A stretch of DNA of 64,000 bases from an uncultured Rivularia sp. (GTDB lineage: Bacteria; Cyanobacteriota; Cyanobacteriia; Cyanobacteriales; Nostocaceae). Positions 21,745-32,642 of the stretch are shown here, one piece after another. The stretch is taken from positions 2,880,001-2,944,000 of the forward strand of contig OY762007.1 of the NCBI GenBank assembly GCA_963665115.1, written 5' to 3'. The translations under genes were made by a program, and so were the position numbers. The notes under the pieces are model-generated. The model ran no database searches. It saw nothing but the letters and a program-made list of their open reading frames with translations, and had not been told where the DNA came from. Within the stretch, counting starts at the first letter, position 1. Each line of letters opens with the position of its first letter.

Positions 21745-24700
21745 ATGCATTTGCACTATCTAAAACCAGAGCATCTAGAAGAATTAGTCAATAGTAGTGG
21801 CATTGATTTACACCTGGTAAAGCTGAATTTTCGCTCTCTTGAAAACAAGAATGCTTACGATTATCTATTTATTTCCGAGCTTATTCCCCGTACAAATACT
21901 GGAATAGTCAAAAGCTCGTGGCTGGAGCGTTATGCTCACGTACAGCATGGTGGTTGGTGGTGCTCGGGGATTGATGTGCTGAATAATTGGCACATGATGG
22001 AGTGGGGATGCTTCAAGCCAAACCAGCCTCGTATAAATGAAAAAGGCAAATCTATAAAATACGAACATCCTCCTTGTACCCCGACGCGAATATTTTGTCT
22101 GCGAGTACCGTTGCCGATGTGGGAGCAAGTAGCCCAAAGGTACAACGTCAAGCTACCCGAAAAGATTGCGATCGCTTCGGATGGTGCTGCTATCGGTTTC
22201 TGGAAGTGGGTGATGGAACATAATATCCCGGTAATTATCTGCGAAGGTGTGAAGAAGGCAGCCACCCTGTTAACCCAAGGATATGCGGCTATTGGAGTTC
22301 CTGGAATCACCAGCGGTTATCGAGTTGTTAAAGATAAATTTGGTAAAGTTATTCGTCGTCAGTTGATTGCGGATTTAGCAGCTTTTTGTATTACTAAACG
22401 CACTATTTATATTTGTTTTGATTTTGAAACTGAGCTTAAGAAAACTAACGCCGTAAACAACGCCATATCTCAACTCGGTTTATTATTCCAAGAAAAAAAT
22501 TGTCCGGTACAGGTAATTGAATTACCGGGGATGGAAAAGGGTGTTGATGAGTTTATTGTGGCAAAAGGTGCGGTTGCCTTTGAAAAAATTTATCATCAAA
22601 GCCTGGATTTAGAAATTTATCTTGCTCATATTAAACCCCATACTAATTTAACTATTCCACCGGCACTTACTGTCAACCGTCGCTATTTAGGTGAAATACC
22701 TTTTCCCACTTCTGGATTAGTGGGTGTGAAGTCAGCAAAGGGAACTGGAAAAACTACAGCATTACAAGAAGTTGTCAAACAAGCATTAAGTACAAAAAAA
22801 CCCGTTTTATTAATTACTCATAGAATCCAGTTAGGCAAATTTTTGTGCGAAAAAGTAGGGATTAAATGGGGTGTTGGTTATAAAGAATGGGGAATTCAAA
22901 CTTGTAAAAATATTGGTAGTGGGAGCATCTTGCTCCCTAATATTACAGCAAGCGAACATAATGCTCCCACTACGGGATTATGTATTGATTCAATTTGGAA
23001 ACTGAATCCTTCCGATTGGGAAGGGGCGATAATTATTTTAGATGAAGTAGAACAATCTTTATGGCATCTTCTACACAGCACTACTTGTAAAGATAAACGA
23101 GTTAAGATATTAAAATTATTTCAGCAGCTAATTTCTACGGTGTTAACAACTGGAGGATTAGTTATTGCTCAAGATGCTGATTTATCAGATGTTTCTTTAG
23201 AGTATCTCCAAAGATTAGCGGGAATAAAATTAACACCTTGGGTTGTTGTAAACCAATGGAAACCTGAAAAAGCTTGGGATATAACTTTTTATGATTCTCC
23301 TAACCCAACACCGTTAATTCAACAGTTAGAACTAGATTTACTCGCCGGAAGAAAATGTTATATTACTACCGATAGTCGTTCAGGACGTTACAGTAGTGAA
23401 ACAATCGAGCGTTATTTAAGAGAACGTTTGGATAAGTTACGACATTTGTATCCCAAAACTTTGATAGTTAGCAGTCATACTACTAATACACCAGGGCATG
23501 AAGCAGTTGATTTCGTAGCATCAATAAATCAAAAAATTCCTGAATACGATGCAGTTTTTGTTACTCCCAGTTTAGGGACGGGAATAAGTATTGACGTGCA
23601 GCATTTTGACCGAGTTTACGGCATTTTTCAAGGAGTAATTCCAGATTCGGAAGCTAGACAAGCATTAGCAAGAGTACGCGATGATGTACCGCGTGTTGTG
23701 TGGTGCGCGAAGCGGGGAGTTGGTTTAATTGGTAGCGGCAGTAAAAACTATCGATCGCTGTCTTTTTGGTATCAAGAAAATCAAAAAGAAAACCTGGCTT
23801 TATTAAGTCCAATGCATAAAATAGATGTTGATTTACCCTTAGTTTATGACCCTATTCATTTACGAACTTGGGCAAAATTATCGGCAAGAGTAAATGCTTC
23901 AATTAACTTTTATCGTCAATCGATGAAAGAAGGTTTAACGGCTGAAGGACATAATTTATGGGTGCGTACTAACGATATTCAGAAGAATATTATTCGAGAT
24001 TTACGCTATGCATTTTTAGCCACCGATAAAGATGATTCAGCAAATCGGAGAAGGTTGATTCGAGAAATTATCAAAGTAAAAAAAGATTGGGAGCAAAGCC
24101 GTCAAAAATCTCAAGAAATTAATAATAATATCAAGAAAATTAAACAGCAAAATCAATTAGCGGTAGCTGCTGGTGTAACTAATGCTCCAGATATAGATTA
24201 TATAGAATACGAACAGCTATTAAAGAAACATTCTTTGACAGATAACGAACGTCACAAAATCAATAAATACTTTCTCAGAAAAAGATACGGCGTAGAAATT
24301 AATCCTCAGTTGAAATTGCAAGATGATAGAGGATATTACTATCAATTGCGAACCCATTATTACTTAACTCATTCCAGCGACTATTTTCATATAAGAGATA
24401 AACAAGAATGGAATCAACAGTTATCCTGCGGTGAAGGAAAGGTTTTTCTCCCAGACTTAAAAATTTACACTTTGAGAATAGAAGCTTTACGAGCATTAGG
24501 TGTTTTGCAATTACTCGAACCCGGTAGAGAATTTACCGAAAATGATGCCGATTTAATATTGCTGAAAAATACCGCATTGCAGTGCAGCAGACACATTCAG
24601 AGAGCCTTAAATATTAATTTAGCAGTAGAAAACGAGCAGGTTCCCACAATCAAAATTATTCGGCGACTATTTAATTTATTAGGTTTGAAATTGAAGCGAG

Positions 24701-24855
24701 TGAATAATGTATATCGTATCGATAGAGAAACGCTTAATGATGGCAGAGACAAGATATTTTCTGTATGGTGTCAGCGAGATGAATTGATGTTGACGCATTT
24801 GAAAAATGTCGCCGATTCTCGGGTAGAAATGAAGAGTGAAGTTGTTTTCAACTAG
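21745..24855 (+). CDS. CyRepA1-like DUF3854 Toprim primase-helicase
   Basis: KYEHPP, ICEGVKKA, ICFD and KGVDEF (Toprim/DUF3854); GTGKT Walker A; DEVEQ Walker B; QALARVR. Confidence 0.82.
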   Translation: MHLHYLKPEHLEELVNSSGIDLHLVKLNFRSLENKNAYDYLFISELIPRTNTGIVKSSWLERYAHVQHGGWWCSGIDVLNNWHMMEWGCFKPNQPRINEKGKSIKYEHPPCTPTRIFCLRVPLPMWEQVAQRYNVKLPEKIAIASDGAAIGFWKWVMEHNIPVIICEGVKKAATLLTQGYAAIGVPGITSGYRVVKDKFGKVIRRQLIADLAAFCITKRTIYICFDFETELKKTNAVNNAISQLGLLFQEKNCPVQVIELPGMEKGVDEFIVAKGAVAFEKIYHQSLDLEIYLAHIKPHTNLTIPPALTVNRRYLGEIPFPTSGLVGVKSAKGTGKTTALQEVVKQALSTKKPVLLITHRIQLGKFLCEKVGIKWGVGYKEWGIQTCKNIGSGSILLPNITASEHNAPTTGLCIDSIWKLNPSDWEGAIIILDEVEQSLWHLLHSTTCKDKRVKILKLFQQLISTVLTTGGLVIAQDADLSDVSLEYLQRLAGIKLTPWVVVNQWKPEKAWDITFYDSPNPTPLIQQLELDLLAGRKCYITTDSRSGRYSSETIERYLRERLDKLRHLYPKTLIVSSHTTNTPGHEAVDFVASINQKIPEYDAVFVTPSLGTGISIDVQHFDRVYGIFQGVIPDSEARQALARVRDDVPRVVWCAKRGVGLIGSGSKNYRSLSFWYQENQKENLALLSPMHKIDVDLPLVYDPIHLRTWAKLSARVNASINFYRQSMKEGLTAEGHNLWVRTNDIQKNIIRDLRYAFLATDKDDSANRRRLIREIIKVKKDWEQSRQKSQEINNNIKKIKQQNQLAVAAGVTNAPDIDYIEYEQLLKKHSLTDNERHKINKYFLRKRYGVEINPQLKLQDDRGYYYQLRTHYYLTHSSDYFHIRDKQEWNQQLSCGEGKVFLPDLKIYTLRIEALRALGVLQLLEPGREFTENDADLILLKNTALQCSRHIQRALNINLAVENEQVPTIKIIRRLFNLLGLKLKRVNNVYRIDRETLNDGRDKIFSVWCQRDELMLTHLKNVADSRVEMKSEVVFN

Positions 24856-24960
24856 TATCTTGGATTATTCTCAATAAGCCTCGTAAACCGCCTGGGAATG
24901 AATTCCAAGGCTCACAAACAAACTCGTCTAAAGACGACTGAATAAGCATTTTACTTTTAA

Positions 24961-25108
24961 CTGACATCTTGCACCTCAATCAAAACCGCCGGAGCTTGCA
25001 AACCCCCGTCTCATAGCGATAGTGCGTTTTAACGTACTTTGTATATTAGCCTGGGAATTTATTCCAAGGCGGATTTTCGGGCTTAATAGGAATGGTGCAA
25101 GATGTGAA
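24961..25108. mobile_element. MITE-like element C (~148 bp)
   Basis: Terminal inverted repeats ACATCTTGCACC (24964-24975) and GGTGCAAGATGT (25094-25105); no ORF inside. Confidence 0.65.
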
Positions 25109-25373
25109 TTTTAACGTAATTATACTTATGTATGTGCAGCCCTGAAATTGACAAGGTAAGAATTCGGGCTTAATAAGAATTGCACAAAATGCGAAATGTA
25201 ATAAAAATCTTTAATCATATCAAACCAGCGTATCCCGAATAATAAAAAAACTATATAATTATTGCTAGCTAACATAGGCTAAATTTTATTAAACTAAAAA
25301 CCCGATTTCCGGGAAACTACCGTCGAAAAGTCCGTCAAACATATATAAATCGAACCAGATTATTATAAGAAGC

Positions 25374-26541
25374 ATGAAATTCCGTTTTTACAATCCTTCA
25401 ATGTTATCCCAGATAAAAGTGCGCCATTGGTGGCTCGGAGTACTGTTGTGGATGTTTTTGATTGTCCCTGCACAAGCATCGGTAATTATGCGCGTGGCAA
25501 TTAAACGGGATGTGAAGCAAGTCAAAGTTGGCAGCTCCACAGCTGCGGTTATCAAAGATGGTAGCGGAAATTCATTAGGAGAATTACCAGCTAGAGAAGC
25601 TTACTACGCTCAAGCAGTTTCCGGTGGAGTCGCTCTAAATAAATGGAAATCTCCTTTATTCTGGATTGAACCTAAAGGTAAAGGATTTGTTTATATAGGC
25701 GATAAGTGGTATCGGGGTAGAACCTTAGTTATTCCTACAGAAAAAGGACTAACCGCAGTTAACTGGGTTGATTTAGAAGAATATCTCTACAGCGTTTTAG
25801 GTGGCGAAATGGATGCGAGATGGCATCCCGAAGCCCTTAAAGCTCAAGCCATAGCTGCTCGTAGTTACGCCCTTTACAGAAGGCAGAAACAGCAATCTAA
25901 TCCTTTATATGATGTCGGAGCTTCCCCCGATAAATGGCAGATTTACTCAGGAGTTGCTAGGGAACATCCCAAAATTTACGGCGCAGTAGATGCCACAGCA
26001 GGGCAAGTATTAACCCATAACAATCAAATTATTGAATCAGTATTTCATGCTTGTTCTGGCGGGACATACCGAAAACGTAGAAGAAGTTTGGGGTAACAAT
26101 TTACCTTACCTACGCGGGGTTCCGGACTTTGACATGAATACCCCCAATCTTTCTAAAATTGCCCCTAAATGCCAATGGCAAAAAAGTTTTTCATCTGCAC
26201 AAATTGGTAAAAAATTTCCCGAAGTCGGCGATGTCAAGGAAATTAAACCTGTAGAGTGGTCAAAATTTAACAGCGTGAAAAAATTAGAGATTATTGGTGA
26301 AAAAGGCACTAAAGAGTTAAAAGGAGAGCAAGTTCGTACCGCACTCAAGCTCAACAGCACCCGCTTCGTCGTTAGTAAAGCTGAAAATGGTTCATTCGTA
26401 TTGCAAGGGCGTGGTTGGGGACATGGTTTAGGAATGAGTCAATATGGAGCAAGATATTTAGCCAGCCAAGGCTACAACCATCTACAAATTTTGAATCATT
26501 ATTATAAGAATGTCGCTTTAGCGCCGATTGAAGTTAAGTAA
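25374..26541 (+). CDS. SpoIID/LytB domain protein; +1 frameshift at GGG 26061-26063
   Basis: LEEYL, EALKAQAIAARSY and GHGLGMSQYGA motifs; removing one G restores ACSGGHTENVEEVW. Confidence 0.88.
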
Positions 26542-26599
26542 ATCAATTATCAATTATCAATGAACAATTATCAGTTACCAATTGTTCATTGATAATTGT

Positions 26600-27892
26600 T
26601 CATTGTTTATTGTTTCCTTCCTCCAAACGTTTCTGCCATTCTGCGTCGATTTTTGCGGAATTTTCTATTTCTTGTTCGATTAAACTGGTTTCGGTGGAGT
26701 AAGCTAAGTTTTCTTTGCCGATAACTGTGTTTGTGGCAAACTGATGAGCAAAGTTGATTTTTTGCTGCAACTTTTCATCCGCACTAGCTATTAGCTTTGC
26801 TCGTGATTGACGCTGAGTATTGCGATCGCCAATTTTTTCGTTACGCCATTGTATCCAGAAGTACCGTATCAAAGGTATTGCTAGAAAACCTACACCGTAA
26901 GCTAGCAGCAACCAATAAATACCTTGTGCGAAAGCAACCAGCCCTCCAATTTGTGCTGCTACGGTACCATCTCGTAATAAGCTTCCTAACATTAAAGCGC
27001 CGATTAAATTTACTCCTCCCAATCCAGCGCTCAACATTACTTGTGAGGAAGTTGCTTTACTAAAGCGCCAAGAAAATTCTCTGAGAAAAGCTGGGATTGA
27101 TTGAGAATTTTTTTGTTTCGCAGTTACCTGTAATTCCGGAAAAGAATAGACAATTTCACCATCAGGACTCACCGCTGGTTTTCCGTTGAACTTTGTCAGG
27201 ACCGGCAGCATATAATCTTCGTATTCTTGTTGATATGTCTCGCCAATGTTATCCAAATAAGGTGTAATTTGTTCGGCTACAACCGCACCATCGTTATTAC
27301 GAATTACAGTTGCAATCTCCTGCCAGCGGCGTTCCTCAAGATTTGCATTAGGATTTCCATCGCCAAACAAGAACGAAAATACAGCTTCAAAAAAATTTAA
27401 ATCGCTCTTCTCGCGTCGTCGTCCGTGGCTGCGATACCCAGTATTATAATTTGGGCTAAAGAACCAAAATAAATCTGGAAAATAGAAAAAGCCTATACCA
27501 CCGCCAAAACCACCTCCATCATCATCGCGGTCGGATGAAGAAGCAAGAATCATCGTAATCGCGATAGTAATTAAAGCGATAGAAGCAATTAAGACAATTC
27601 CAAAAGATATCCTAATTAAATAAAATAAAATCTTCCAGACCTTATTCCACCATTCCTGTAGCTGTAATTTAAAATATTTATTTTTTAATACATTACGAAA
27701 ATTACGTGGAAAAAGGTAAACAACATCACCTGTATCCGCAACTTGCAAATGTCCCCCAGCATCAGTTGCAAGCGCCAACAAACCTTGATTAGCCATTTCA
27801 ATATTTAATCCAGCCTGGGTAGCCACATCGCCAACAGTTACCCGATAATTCAACTTTTCCACAGCTTGCATGATAGCGGGATTGGGAGCCAT
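26600..27892 (-). CDS. Conserved cyanobacterial/plastid membrane protein of unknown function
   Basis: RVTVGDVA and FSFLFGDGNPN motifs; TM segments. Confidence 0.65.
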   Translation of the reverse strand: MAPNPAIMQAVEKLNYRVTVGDVATQAGLNIEMANQGLLALATDAGGHLQVADTGDVVYLFPRNFRNVLKNKYFKLQLQEWWNKVWKILFYLIRISFGIVLIASIALITIAITMILASSSDRDDDGGGFGGGIGFFYFPDLFWFFSPNYNTGYRSHGRRREKSDLNFFEAVFSFLFGDGNPNANLEERRWQEIATVIRNNDGAVVAEQITPYLDNIGETYQQEYEDYMLPVLTKFNGKPAVSPDGEIVYSFPELQVTAKQKNSQSIPAFLREFSWRFSKATSSQVMLSAGLGGVNLIGALMLGSLLRDGTVAAQIGGLVAFAQGIYWLLLAYGVGFLAIPLIRYFWIQWRNEKIGDRNTQRQSRAKLIASADEKLQQKINFAHQFATNTVIGKENLAYSTETSLIEQEIENSAKIDAEWQKRLEEGNNKQ

Positions 27893-28092
27893 TTCTCGAC
27901 CCTCCTTTTTTAGAATTGTTCTATTTTAAGTATAAAGTTTTCTAGATGGGGGAGAGGGGGAGACAAGGAGAGAGGGGGGAGAGGGGGGAGAGGGGGGAGA
28001 AAAAATTATGAGTTAAAAGTTATAAAACCATTTGTAGTGGGAGCATCTTGCTCCCTCGTTGTTTTAAATACGAATAAAAAAATCATGCATAC

Positions 28093-28244
28093 CCAATTAC
28101 CAATTACCAATTACCAATTACCAATTACCAATTACCAATTACCAATTACCAATTACCAATCCTCAATTACCAATCCTCAATTACCAATGCCCCATCCCCC
28201 ATGCCCAATTACCAATTACCAATTACCAATCCCCCATGCCCAAT
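28093..28244. repeat. STRR heptamer array (CCAATTA)n / CCCCATG
   Basis: Direct 7-bp tandem repeats; similar arrays near 3950, 29240, 29702-29798, 32506-32630, 38480-38650 and 49370-49470. Confidence 0.95.
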
Positions 28245-29178
28245 TTACCGTCTTCTCGGTACTTCATAGGTCATGAAGTCATAAGCCATTTTGGTGTTGG
28301 GGAAAATTGCTTGACCTTCTTCAAGTAAGTCTTTTAGTTCAATGGCATTTCCTGGGGCGTAACGAGGGCTAAAATGACTCATGATTAAGTTTCGTGCGCC
28401 TGCTGCTAAAGCCGTTTGCGCTGCCATTGTGGATGTGGAATGCAGTCTATCGAAAGCCATTTGCGAATCTTGATGGGCAAAAGTGGCTTCGTGAATCAAT
28501 ACGTCGGCATCTTTTGCTAAGTCAACTGCATTTTCACAGAAAACCGTGTCGGTACAATAGGCTACTTTACGCCCAATTTCTGTGGGGGCCGCATAAGTCG
28601 GAACCGTTGATAACTCTTCCATCTTTTAAAGTTACGGTTTCACCACGTTTGAGTTGGCCGTAAATTCTACCTGCCGGAATTTCTAAGGCTTTGGCTTTCT
28701 CTACATCAAATCTTCCCGCTCGGTTTTTTTCTTCTATACGATAGCCATAAGCTGTAATTCTGTGATGCAAAATATCGCAGCTAACTTTGAATTCGGAATC
28801 TTCATAAACTACCCCCGGACGAACAGCATGAACTTTCACCGGGTAAGAAAAGTGGGTATGAGAATAACGCCTACAGGCTTGCAAATATTCGTTTAAACCT
28901 TGCGGCCCATAAATATCAACGCGACGTACATTCCCAGCCAAACCGCAACTAGCAAGCAAGCCCATCAAGCCAAATATATGGTCGCCATGCATATGGGTAA
29001 CAAAAATTCGGGAGAGTTGACTCATTTTTAAGTCACTCCGTAATATCTGATGTTGAGTACCTTCACCACAGTCGAATAACCATAGTTCTGCTCTTTGCGG
29101 CAATCTAAGGGCAACACTAGATACATTGCGCGACCTTGTGGGTACCCCAGAACTTGTCCCTAAAAATGTTATCTGCAC
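28245..29178 (-). CDS. rnz: Ribonuclease Z; +1 frameshift in the G5 run at 28584-28588
   Basis: [34 protein letters not shown]; removing one base restores [17 protein letters not shown]. Confidence 0.95.
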
Positions 29179-29283
29179 AGCCTTTTGTTGTGATTTTTAT
29201 AATTTAATTTACTGTCTTCATCTATATAATGACACTCCCAATTACCAATTACCAATTATCAACTATCAATTACCAATTACCAA

Positions 29284-29700
29284 TTACCCATCTTTTAAAA
29301 GACTATCGCGAATTTTAGTTAATTTATTTTGAGACACAATAGGTTCTCGTGGTGGTGGAAGTTCGGTATTAGGCCAATTTGAGACATCATTACAAGGACA
29401 TAACAAAGAAGGCATACCTAAATTTTTCAAAGGAACCGGCATATCGCAACGAGAACAAGAAGCCATATCCCATTCAGGTGAAAGTAATTCAGCAACAGTT
29501 TGTTGAGTTCCTTCTAAATAACATTCACCCGATTTAGATGAGAGAACCTTCTGCCAGCATTCCTCAAACTCATCACTATAGCGATCGCCATTAACAACGT
29601 TACCGGGCTGCAAGCTTGCCGCACCATTATTTATAAAAACTTTCTTACCCAACTGAAACCAATAAGCCAGGTATTTTTTAACTTCTGTTTTAGATGCCAT
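29284..29700 (-). CDS. Conserved cyanobacterial hypothetical protein with Cys motifs
   Basis: MASKTEVKKYLAYWFQLGK...C-RC...CPC; the upstream ORF extension is translated STRR. Confidence 0.75.
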   Translation of the reverse strand: MASKTEVKKYLAYWFQLGKKVFINNGAASLQPGNVVNGDRYSDEFEECWQKVLSSKSGECYLEGTQQTVAELLSPEWDMASCSRCDMPVPLKNLGMPSLLCPCNDVSNWPNTELPPPREPIVSQNKLTKIRDSLLKDG

Positions 29701-29824
29701 ATTTAGATTTTGGATTTTAGATTTTGGATTTTGGATTGTGAATAAACACTTCAGGATTGGGGATTGGTAATTGGTAATTGGTAATTGGTAATTGGTCATT
29801 GAATAAATTTCTCCCCATCTCCCA

Positions 29825-30364
29825 TCAAGAAGGTAAACGGCTACCAAGTACGCTCAGATTCAGAACATGACCTCCGGTAACTAAGTATGTAGTCTGGGCG
29901 ATCGCACCTAGTTTGCGGGTTAATGAACCAAGTCGATCCCGAAAGGTTTGACCGACGGGATAGGCTGGTACTACTCCCCATCCGGTTTCTTCGGCGACAA
30001 AAATCATTTCTGCTGCAACTAGTTGTACTGTTTCTAAAAATTCTTCAACGATTTCAAGCCAGGAAATATCGTCTTTTTCGATGTGATTTGCGACCCAAGT
30101 TCCTAGAGAATCTACTAGTAAGACGGTATTTGGTTTGGTATCACTTAAAGTCGCGGATAATTCAAAAGGTACTTCTAAGGTTATCCAGGTTTGGGGACGG
30201 CGATTTTTATGCTGTATTATACGTTGCTGCCATTGTAGATCGTCGGGCGATAAGAGTGCTGTTGCTACATAGACCACTTTTTTATTAGACTGGTTAGCTA
30301 AAGCTTCTGCCCATTCGCTTTTTCCAGAGCGTGCGGGGCCAGTGACAAGGATAACTTTACTCAA
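29825..30364 (-). CDS. cobU: Adenosylcobinamide kinase/guanylyltransferase
   Basis: LVTGPARSGKSEWAE, YVATA, RI--H--RRP, EETGWGVVP, FRD-LG; probable TTG start at 30364. Confidence 0.93.
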   Translation of the reverse strand: MSKVILVTGPARSGKSEWAEALANQSNKKVVYVATALLSPDDLQWQQRIIQHKNRRPQTWITLEVPFELSATLSDTKPNTVLLVDSLGTWVANHIEKDDISWLEIVEEFLETVQLVAAEMIFVAEETGWGVVPAYPVGQTFRDRLGSLTRKLGAIAQTTYLVTGGHVLNLSVLGSRLPS

Positions 30365-30580
30365 AACCGTTTCCTCAGTATCTTTAATAAGGTAGGGTTG
30401 CCCCAAATTTCTGTATTTTTTACCCCAAGGGTATGATTTTTGGTTACAAATAACTTTTAATAGATAAAAATACAACAGATCGGGGTTAGTGCGACTAATG
30501 GCAAGACTTTAAAATTCAACCCTAACTCGTTTGAGCGTTGTATAACTGCACCAAGACATGAACTTTCACCGAATATTTCT

Positions 30581-31384
30581 ATGAAAGCAGGTTTAAAGCG
30601 TATAGAGGAAACTTTGCAGGATTTGGACATTCGCGTTACAAATCCTATTGATGAGAATGGCAACGATAATGGTTCTCTTCAAGAATCTTTATCGTTTCGT
30701 ATTAGTGAAAGAGCAAATGAATCTACTGAAGGTGTAACGGAATCATCTTCAAAAGAGGTTATCGAACATTCTCCCATCGACAAAGTTGTAGAAGACTTTT
30801 CAGAAGAAGATAACTCAGTTCAGACTTTTTCAGCACAAGATGAGGACATTAAAGCTCCGAGTCTTCCTAAATTCAAAACTCCTAGCTTCAGCAGTCACCG
30901 TAATGCTCCTAATCCAGCCGTGGCATCTAATGTCTTGCAAGAAATTCAACAAATTGCAACTGGTTGGCAAACTGAATTACACAAAATTTTACGACAAATT
31001 CAGGATCTTTACTTACAAGGTCCGATTGTGAATGGCTGGTTGGAATCTCACTCGATTGAACCACAACCAGAAGCCACTGCAACCCTGCGTCATGCTGAAG
31101 TCGATCGCTTGATGGACTACGTAGAAGAAATTTGCGCCCAGCAAGAAGCACAGCCCTCATCCAAATCTTCACGTACTGGCTATCGCTTGTGCGGTTTGGA
31201 TGCTTCTGGTGAAGTTTGGTCCCGCCCATGTCCGCCGGAACAAGTTCCAGGGGTTAGTATGGCGATCGCCCGCTATCAGCAATTACGCCAATACCTAGAA
31301 CGCAAGCAGAAATTAGAAAATCGCTTGAACCAATTAGCGGAAACTCTAGTAGTTCTACACGGTCATATTAAACAACAAAAATAA
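30581..31384 (+). CDS. Hypothetical cyanobacterial protein
   Basis: 267-aa ORF with GPIVNGWLES and coiled coils. Confidence 0.65.
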   Translation: MKAGLKRIEETLQDLDIRVTNPIDENGNDNGSLQESLSFRISERANESTEGVTESSSKEVIEHSPIDKVVEDFSEEDNSVQTFSAQDEDIKAPSLPKFKTPSFSSHRNAPNPAVASNVLQEIQQIATGWQTELHKILRQIQDLYLQGPIVNGWLESHSIEPQPEATATLRHAEVDRLMDYVEEICAQQEAQPSSKSSRTGYRLCGLDASGEVWSRPCPPEQVPGVSMAIARYQQLRQYLERKQKLENRLNQLAETLVVLHGHIKQQK

Positions 31385-31580
31385 AGTTTTTACAGTTAAT
31401 CAAACTCAATAAAACTTATATCCGAAAAAACTCGGTTGGTGTGTATAAAATTTTTAGTTAAGATTCTGTGCAGGCGGATATTGAATTTTAGCGATCGCGC
31501 TTTGTGAAATAGCAATAAAGCTACAATCAATTAGCGCTTTGCTTTCTCCAACTTCGGCTCTCTCTAAAATCGTAATAAAA

Positions 31581-32510
31581 ATGCCAGACACGCAAATTTC
31601 TGCCATTATCTGTACTCACAATCGAGATAATTATCTGGGCGCTGCCATAGATAGCCTTTTGTCGCAGAATTTTGCCTTCTGCTTTGAAGTGGTAGTCATA
31701 GATAATGGCTCAAAAGATAATACCAAGCAAGTCGTAGAAAAAAGATTAGACGATTCGCGTCTTAAGTATATTTACGAGCCAGTATTGGGATTGTCTGTAG
31801 CTCGAAATACGGGTACTAAAGCTTCTAAAGGTGAAGTTTTAGCATATCTTGATGATGACGCTGTAGCAAGCGAAGGTTGGTTGCAAGTTCTCTATGAAGC
31901 CTTTGAAAGTAACTCTAAATTAGCAATTGCTGGTGGTAAAGTTACGTTATTGTGGCCGGAACAAACCCTACCACCTCGTTGGCTATCACCAGGATTAGCG
32001 GGTAATTTGGGAGCTTACGATTTAGGCGATCGCGTTGTCAAAATCGAAAACCCAGGTGACACTCCCAGAGGTTTAAATTATTCGATACGCCGCAGTTTTT
32101 TGGAGGATATTGGAGGTTTCGACATCAATCTCGGACGAGTAGGTAAAAACTTACTTTCCAACGAAGAACTGCAAATGACCGAATTAGCCCTAGAGAAGGG
32201 TTGGGAAGTAGCTTATCTTCCCGACGCTTTAGCAGCCCATAACGTCTCTCCAGAACGTCTCAAGCGTTCCTGGTTTATCAGTAGGGGCTGGTGGCAAGGT
32301 ATAAGCGAATGTTACCGAGAGCAACTCGCCGGTAAAGCCGGTACGGGGCAACTACAGCGCGGTGGCGAACGGTTTATACGCGGTTTATATAAAGCATTGC
32401 AACATTATTCCGACCCAGCAGAACGTTTTGATAAGCTTGTTTATGCTTACGGTCAAATAGGTTATTTAAACGCAGCTATTCAGGGACTTCTATCAAAGAA
32501 AAGTAGATAG
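31581..32510 (+). CDS. Family 2 glycosyltransferase
   Basis: IICTHNR, DNGSKD, GLSVARN, YLDDD. Confidence 0.93.
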   Translation: MPDTQISAIICTHNRDNYLGAAIDSLLSQNFAFCFEVVVIDNGSKDNTKQVVEKRLDDSRLKYIYEPVLGLSVARNTGTKASKGEVLAYLDDDAVASEGWLQVLYEAFESNSKLAIAGGKVTLLWPEQTLPPRWLSPGLAGNLGAYDLGDRVVKIENPGDTPRGLNYSIRRSFLEDIGGFDINLGRVGKNLLSNEELQMTELALEKGWEVAYLPDALAAHNVSPERLKRSWFISRGWWQGISECYREQLAGKAGTGQLQRGGERFIRGLYKALQHYSDPAERFDKLVYAYGQIGYLNAAIQGLLSKKSR

Positions 32511-32642
32511 TGGATAGTGGATAGTGGATAGTGGATAGTTGCTAATTAATTGAACAACTACCAAATAACAACTATCAACTAACAACTAACAACTAACAAC
32601 TAACAACTAACACCTAATAACTAATAACTAAAATATAATTAT

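Noticed and set aside
28037..28276. 79-aa ORF with QLPITNY repeats (also 29126-29332 and the N-terminal extension to 29847)
   Set aside because: Translation of stop-free heptamer STRRs, not a gene.
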